Shown: positions 58,864 to 64,000 of the stretch, one piece after another
How the letters are laid out: each line of letters opens with the position of its first letter
How positions within the stretch are numbered: the first letter of the stretch is position 1
NCBI GenBank assembly: GCA_963801355.1
Contig: CAWDEM010000004.1
Location: 320,001 to 384,000, forward strand
Direction of reading: 5' to 3'
DNA length: 64,000 nucleotides
Origin: Ignavibacteriota bacterium
GTDB taxonomy: Bacteria; Bacteroidota; Ignavibacteria; UBA10030; UBA6906
Notes under the pieces: generated by a model
Told to the model about the DNA's origin: nothing
Seen by the model: the letters and a program-made list of their open reading frames with translations, nothing else
Database searches by the model: none
Translations under genes and position numbers: made by a program

Positions 58864-59676
58864 ATGCGCGAATATCTGGATCTTGTGGAACGGGTATTGA
58901 CACACGGTAGACGGAAGGGCAACCGGACCGGCGTGGACACCATATCTTCGTTTGCGGAGCACTACTGCGTCGACCTGAGCCGCGGTTTTCCGCTGCTGAC
59001 CACCAAAAAGGTGAATTTTTCGGCAATGCTCCGGGAGGTGCTCTGGTACCTCTCCGGTGAGGACCACATCCGATCGCTCCGGGAGCACACCAGGATCTGG
59101 GATGCATGGGCTGATGCCGACGGGAACCTGGACACGGCGTACGGCCGGTACTGGCGGCGGTTTCCCAGTGCCCGGATGAACCCGGTCACCAAGCAGTATG
59201 AGGTCGTGGAGGTGGACCAGATCGGCAGGGTGCTCGAAATGCTGAAAACGGACCCTGATTCGCGGCGTATGGTGGTCACCGCATGGGAGCCCGGCAACGC
59301 CCTGAGCAGCAAGCTTCCCCCCTGCCACTACACGTTCGTTTTCAACGTTGCCGACGGCAGGCTCAGCTGCCATTTGACGCAGCGTTCCGGCGATATCGCT
59401 ATCGGAATACCATTTAATCTTGCAGCCTACTCTCTGTTGACCCAGATATTGGCGCATGATGCCGGCCTCGCGCTCGGGGAGTTCAGCCATACGATTGTGG
59501 ACGCGCATGTCTATGTGAACCATGTGGACGGTCTCCGGGAACAGTTGAAGCGAGCACCGCGCCCCCTTCCCCGCCTTCAGATTGAGGCCAAACCGATTGA
59601 CCAGCTGCAATTTGAGGATTTCGCCGTCATCGGATACGATCCTCATCCTGCCATCAAATTCCAGGTGGCAGTGTGA
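58864..59676 (+). CDS. thyA: Thymidylate synthase
   Basis: RTGVDT, FPLLTTKK, IWDAWA, SRR, LPPCH, QRSGD..GIPFN, DAHVYVNH. Confidence 0.97.
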   Translation: MREYLDLVERVLTHGRRKGNRTGVDTISSFAEHYCVDLSRGFPLLTTKKVNFSAMLREVLWYLSGEDHIRSLREHTRIWDAWADADGNLDTAYGRYWRRFPSARMNPVTKQYEVVEVDQIGRVLEMLKTDPDSRRMVVTAWEPGNALSSKLPPCHYTFVFNVADGRLSCHLTQRSGDIAIGIPFNLAAYSLLTQILAHDAGLALGEFSHTIVDAHVYVNHVDGLREQLKRAPRPLPRLQIEAKPIDQLQFEDFAVIGYDPHPAIKFQVAV

Positions 59677-60182
59677 TTATCGCCATCATTGCCGCCATCG
59701 CCCGGAACCGGGGAATAGGCAAGGACGGCGGGCTTCCATGGCACCTTCCGGAGGATCTGCGTCGCTTCAAGAAGCTCACGATGGGTCATACGGTGTTGAT
59801 GGGGAAGAGGACGTGGCATGCGCTCGGGAAACCGCTACCCGGCCGCAGGAACGTGGTGTTGAGCAAAACGCCGGTGGATGGGGTTGAAACATATGGATCC
59901 ATCGATGAAGCACTCGCTGCGCTCCGGGGAGAGGAGCGCATCTTCGTGATCGGGGGCGGCAACGTGTATGCACAGTTCCTCGGTCTTGCTGAGGAACTGT
60001 ACCTGACCATCCTTGACCGCGAGGTTGATGCAGACACATACTTCCCGGCCTTTGAGCATCTGCTCGGGGGCACATTCTTCCGTGTCAGCAGTGATGTCCA
60101 CGACGGATTCAGGTTTGACGTATACCGGCGGGTACAAAATCCATCGGGATATGCCGCAAGCGGGGAACCGCCGGCGCCATAA
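59673..60182 (+). CDS. folA: Dihydrofolate reductase
   Basis: IG..GLPWHLPEDL..FK, MGKRTW, PLPGRRNVVLS, IGGG, DTYFP; GTGA overlap with thyA. Confidence 0.96.
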   Translation: MIIAIIAAIARNRGIGKDGGLPWHLPEDLRRFKKLTMGHTVLMGKRTWHALGKPLPGRRNVVLSKTPVDGVETYGSIDEALAALRGEERIFVIGGGNVYAQFLGLAEELYLTILDREVDADTYFPAFEHLLGGTFFRVSSDVHDGFRFDVYRRVQNPSGYAASGEPPAP

Positions 60183-60272
60183 ATTGTTATATATCGCGGG
60201 GGGAAGACCCCGATGGATCCTTTTTTGTGTATCTGATTGCTATATTGGAAACACGAGCAACATGAGGCCGCG

Positions 60273-60560
60273 ATGAAACGCAAAACACGGCGGGGGAAGA
60301 AGATGTTCTGTACCGAATGCGAGTCGGCTCTGGACAACTTCTGCTTCGCGCCCAATGATTATGCTGACATTTTGAAGCATCATTTTGAATGTCAGCGTTC
60401 AGGGAAGTTCAAAGGAGCGATTTGCTCGAAGCTCTTTATAGCAGATACAAGCATCTCCGCGCTCAAGGCTCACAAACCCAAGCTTTCAGCCAAGAAGCTC
60501 GCCAGCCTGAAAACCGCAATCCTGCAGAAGATCGCCACCGAAGACGTGCAAAAGAAGTAG
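60273..60560 (+). CDS. Small basic Cys-rich hypothetical protein
   Basis: FCTEC..NFC..HFEC..IC; Lys-rich ends; preceded by GAGG and a TATATT box. Confidence 0.65.
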   Translation: MKRKTRRGKKMFCTECESALDNFCFAPNDYADILKHHFECQRSGKFKGAICSKLFIADTSISALKAHKPKLSAKKLASLKTAILQKIATEDVQKK

Positions 60561-60591
60561 AGTTCCCCCCATCGACCACCTGTTTCCCCGG

Positions 60592-62733
60592 CTATTTTTT
60601 TGCGGGTCGCTGGTAATATTTCTTTGCGTATTCGACCACCATGCGATCGGTGTTATACACCGGGAGCAGGGTGGCAATCGAATGCCGGACCCGCCGCAGG
60701 AGGTTGTGCGGAATACCATCCTTTCCCCGGTCGTAAAAGAGCGGAATCACCTGATTCTCGAGCACGGCCCGGAGAGAAGCGGCATCCAGATCATCCTGCA
60801 GCTGTTCTGAGCTGGCGGTTGTATCTTCCCCGACTTTCCATCCGTTCATTCCGTCGTACGCCTCACGCCACCAGCCGTCCATTGTACTGAGATTGAGGGA
60901 GCCATGCATGATGCCCTTCATGCCGCTAGTGCCGCACGCCTCATTCGGACGCCGCGGAGTATTCAGCCAGATGTCAGCGCCGGCAACGAGATATCGTGCA
61001 ACATTGATGTCGTAGTCTTCGACAAAGACGACGCGTCCGAAGAGATCCACCCGTTTTGTGATGTTGACGATCTCCTGGATGAAATGCTTCCCCGCGTCAT
61101 CGCGGGGATGCGCTTTCCCCGCGAACACCAGCTGTACCGGCCGTTCTTTGTCGGTCAGAACACGGATGGCCCAGCCAAGATCACGGAAGAACAATGGGGC
61201 ACGTTTGTAGGTCGCAAACCGGCGAGCGAAGCAAATGGTCATTGCGTCCGGCGACAGCACATTGTCATACAATCCGATATCGTCGGGATTGTGACGGAGC
61301 TGTTGCTCACGCAGGCGTTTTCGAACAAACTCCACAAGTTCCCGCCGGAGGGAGGTGCGCAGGGCCCACAGATCCTGGTCCGAGACTTTCTTCGATTCCA
61401 GCATTGCGTGCCAGTATTTCGCGTCCCGCAGCCTGTCAATCCATGCACGTCCGAGGTGATTGGTCCAGAACAGCGAAGCCGTGGGAGTCGTCCAGCCCGC
61501 CGTGTGAACACCGTTCGTTACAGAACCGATCGGGACTTTGCTGACGGCTGTGTCGGGGTAGAGTTCCTTCCACATCTCCTGGCTGACGCGGCCATGGAGC
61601 TGGCTCACGCCGTTCGCGGCGCGGGACATTTTCAATGCCAGGACGGTCATGCAGAACGGTTCACTTTGATCGCCGTTGTGGATGCGCCCGTAATTGATAA
61701 AGTCGTCGATGGGCATACCCATGAGAGTGGCAAGGTACCCGAGGTTTCCTTCGATGAGTCCGCGGTCAAAACGGTCATGACCGGCGGGGACGGGCGTATG
61801 CGTCGTGAACACGCAGCGCTTCCTCACAAAGGCTTCGGCATCATGGAGCGATTTCTTCGTCTGCAGTCGTTCGCGCAGCAGCTCCAGCGTGAGAAACGAT
61901 GAGTGACCCTCGTTCATGTGGAAGACCGAGGGGGAGATGCCGAGTTTACGAATGAGTCGTACACCACCGATACCGAGGAGGATCTCCTGGCCGATGCGAT
62001 TTGACTGGTCTCCGCCATACACATGGCCGGAGAGGTCTCTGAAAAACTGTCCGTTCTGCGGGAGATTTGTATCGAGCAGGTAGAGTCTCACGCGGCCGAC
62101 CTCCACCACCCACGCCTGATAGGCGACTTCTGCAGAGCCAATCTGGACGGTACAGATCACCGGATTTCCCCGTTTGTCGGCAACCCGGCGCAACGGCAGC
62201 CGTTCCGGATCATAAGCAGGGTACATCTCCTGCTGCCAGCCGTCCCTGCTGATGTGCTGCCGGAAGTACCCATGGCGGTAGAAGATGCCGATGCCGAGGA
62301 ATGGTACGCCGAGGTCACTGGCGGATTTGGCATGATCGCCCGCCAGCATTCCCAGGCCTCCGGAATAGATGCGGAGACTTTCGTGCAGGCCGAATTCAGC
62401 GCTGAAGTATGCCACAGGAGCATTCTTCAGCCACGGTGTGTTCTTGCTGGCCCAGGTACTCTTGGCTTTCATGTAGTCCTGGAAGGTCCGGCACACTGTA
62501 TCCACCTTCTCATAGAGCTCGGGGTCCTGCAATCGGCCCCGGAGTTCCCGTCCGGACACAAAATTCATTACCTCCACCGCGTTATGGTTGCTGTCCTCCC
62601 AGAAGAAAGGCGAGAGCTCTTTGAAAATTCTCTGTGCAGCCGGATTCCACGAACGCCACAGGTTGTACGCCAGTTCGTGAAGTTGTTGGATGCGGCTTTC
62701 GATCTGTTTTTCCGAAATTCGCTTGGAGGCCAC
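60592..62733 (-). CDS. glgP: Alpha-glucan (glycogen/maltodextrin) phosphorylase
   Basis: GTG 62733 after AGGAG. YFSAEFG, YSGGLG.LAGDH, HMNEGH, TTHTPVPAGHD, ARRFATYKR, GKAHP, EACGTSGMK. Confidence 0.95.
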   Translation of the reverse strand: MASKRISEKQIESRIQQLHELAYNLWRSWNPAAQRIFKELSPFFWEDSNHNAVEVMNFVSGRELRGRLQDPELYEKVDTVCRTFQDYMKAKSTWASKNTPWLKNAPVAYFSAEFGLHESLRIYSGGLGMLAGDHAKSASDLGVPFLGIGIFYRHGYFRQHISRDGWQQEMYPAYDPERLPLRRVADKRGNPVICTVQIGSAEVAYQAWVVEVGRVRLYLLDTNLPQNGQFFRDLSGHVYGGDQSNRIGQEILLGIGGVRLIRKLGISPSVFHMNEGHSSFLTLELLRERLQTKKSLHDAEAFVRKRCVFTTHTPVPAGHDRFDRGLIEGNLGYLATLMGMPIDDFINYGRIHNGDQSEPFCMTVLALKMSRAANGVSQLHGRVSQEMWKELYPDTAVSKVPIGSVTNGVHTAGWTTPTASLFWTNHLGRAWIDRLRDAKYWHAMLESKKVSDQDLWALRTSLRRELVEFVRKRLREQQLRHNPDDIGLYDNVLSPDAMTICFARRFATYKRAPLFFRDLGWAIRVLTDKERPVQLVFAGKAHPRDDAGKHFIQEIVNITKRVDLFGRVVFVEDYDINVARYLVAGADIWLNTPRRPNEACGTSGMKGIMHGSLNLSTMDGWWREAYDGMNGWKVGEDTTASSEQLQDDLDAASLRAVLENQVIPLFYDRGKDGIPHNLLRRVRHSIATLLPVYNTDRMVVEYAKKYYQRPAKK

Positions 62734-62766
62734 GTTTGCTCGCTCCTGATGGATAATCAAACGTAA

Positions 62767-62795
62767 AATATAGTGATTCACAGCGGTAAAACCAA
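62767..62795 (-). promoter_or_regulatory. Sigma70-type promoter (glgP)
   Basis: TTGGTT-N17-TATATT on the minus strand. Confidence 0.6.
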
Positions 62796-62864
62796 TAAAG
62801 TAATGGGATTATCGCAACAGAAGGGCCAGAACGGGAGTGAAGAAGGCAAAAACAGCTAAAATTG

Positions 62865-64000
62865 TCAAAGAATTTGAGCAACTCCAAACGTAAACCGGAG
62901 ACCAGCCGGCTCACTCAGGCGCCACGTAAAATCCAGGCGCAGAACATCAAATACCCTATTGATGCCGATTCCGGTTTCCGTGTACCAGCCGCCGGATTCC
63001 GTGAGCGGCAGCCGGCTCCGGTTCCAAGTCCGGGCGAATCCTGTGTGAAGTACGAGTTCAATGCTTCGTTCGTACAGGAAAGGCAGGCCGAGGGCCAGGA
63101 AGGGGAGGGACCGGAAGTTGTGTTCAGCGGTGCAGGCGACATATTCGGTGCCCCCGAATTCTTTCACGTCAAGGCCCCGGAGGACTCCCAGCGGCCCGAT
63201 GCCACTTGAAGCACTTTCGAGCGAAAATGCACGTTGCAGCGGCAATGTTCCACCTGAGAAGCCGCCGGCAATCCGGAACGTAAAACCGGGTGCGAACAGC
63301 AGACTCCGCGCAAAGGTCGGCACCATCAGCGTTGCGATTGCCTCGAACCGGGTGAAGTCGAACGAGCTCCCGGCGAGATGAGGAGTGGAATGTTCGAGGA
63401 GGATGTCCAGGGCATTGTGCGTGATCAGGTTCAAAGGAACGGGAGGTTCACCGTAGCGGAGGGTGAGCAGCAGGCTGCGCATTTTGCCTTCGGCCACGGG
63501 GAGATTCGGGCGGTACGCTCGCGAACGGTACAGAATGCTGTACTCCGTTGCCACGGGAAGAGAAGAATGCATTTCGCTCATGAATGCGAGTTCCGCATGC
63601 ACCATGCGCGAGGGAGACACCGTTACAAACGATCGCCACCCCTCTACATGATAGTAATCGCGGTAGTCATTCTTCTGCAACAGCGCGGTCAGCGAGTTCA
63701 CCAGCGATCCGAACACACCCCCGTCCGGCCGGATCGCGGACCTTCTGTATCCGTCGACGCCGAGTCCGAGCACGTGTACGGGAGAGGTGAAGAAGGTCAC
63801 GCCGGCGGAATACGATGTGTTTCTGGCCGAGAAATTGTATGCCGCTCCCGCCCTGGCATCCGCCAGCGGGAATACGGCGGCGGACCACTGCGCCCCGAGG
63901 TGAAAACCTTCGACCCTGGAAAACGCGACGTCTGCATACTGCAAGAGAGAGGCGGTGGATCCGTCCTCTCCGCCGATTGTCATTGTGATGCCGCCGGGTC
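62865..64000 (-). CDS. Outer-membrane beta-barrel protein, C-terminal part (DUF5686-like); starts beyond the window
   Basis: Frame is open to the window edge. FSRVEGFHLG, DYRDYY, LPLQR, C-terminal YTETGIGI..LRLDFTWR amphipathic strands. Confidence 0.7.
   Translation of the reverse strand, partial: PGGITMTIGGEDGSTASLLQYADVAFSRVEGFHLGAQWSAAVFPLADARAGAAYNFSARNTSYSAGVTFFTSPVHVLGLGVDGYRRSAIRPDGGVFGSLVNSLTALLQKNDYRDYYHVEGWRSFVTVSPSRMVHAELAFMSEMHSSLPVATEYSILYRSRAYRPNLPVAEGKMRSLLLTLRYGEPPVPLNLITHNALDILLEHSTPHLAGSSFDFTRFEAIATLMVPTFARSLLFAPGFTFRIAGGFSGGTLPLQRAFSLESASSGIGPLGVLRGLDVKEFGGTEYVACTAEHNFRSLPFLALGLPFLYERSIELVLHTGFARTWNRSRLPLTESGGWYTETGIGINRVFDVLRLDFTWRLSEPAGLRFTFGVAQIL

Noticed and set aside
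1-64000. CRISPR array, IS element, rRNA, or stop-codon recoding
   Set aside because: I saw no regularly spaced repeats, transposase or rRNA-like sequence. Recognised proteins end at expected lengths with standard stops and show no in-frame TGA/TAG read-through pattern.

Overview
A gene-dense, GC-rich (roughly 60% by eye) bacterial chromosomal segment with about 53 CDS and one tRNA-Leu(TAG). A T9SS-type C-terminal sorting domain, a Bacteroidota-style LptD and a DUF5686-like outer-membrane protein suggest a Bacteroidota-lineage, probably Ignavibacteria-like, organism (inference). Core genes: acpS (partial), xerD, lysA, ddl, ftsB-like, rarA, lptD-like, tRNA-Leu-tig-clpP-clpX, nifJ (PFOR), yitJ-like, mutS, wecE-like, thyA-folA, glgP. 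I saw no prophage, IS element or CRISPR array. Most interesting: (1) a sigma54-promoter-preceded trio of minor-pilin-like genes (MshD/PilV-, PilW-, PilX-like) that lack normal prepilin leaders; (2) a membrane-anchored DtxR/MntR-FeoA-FeoA regulator upstream of a split FeoB; (3) a split class II ribonucleotide reductase with two non-intein insertions; (4) secreted repeat proteins with conserved His/Asp motifs, two of them behind ECF-like promoters; (5) a perfect XerD-type dif half-site at the predicted start of the xerD operon; (6) a one-base frameshift in pepF; (7) twelve exactly spaced TTGnnn-N17-TAnnnT-type promoters. All family assignments come from motif recognition by eye, not database searches.
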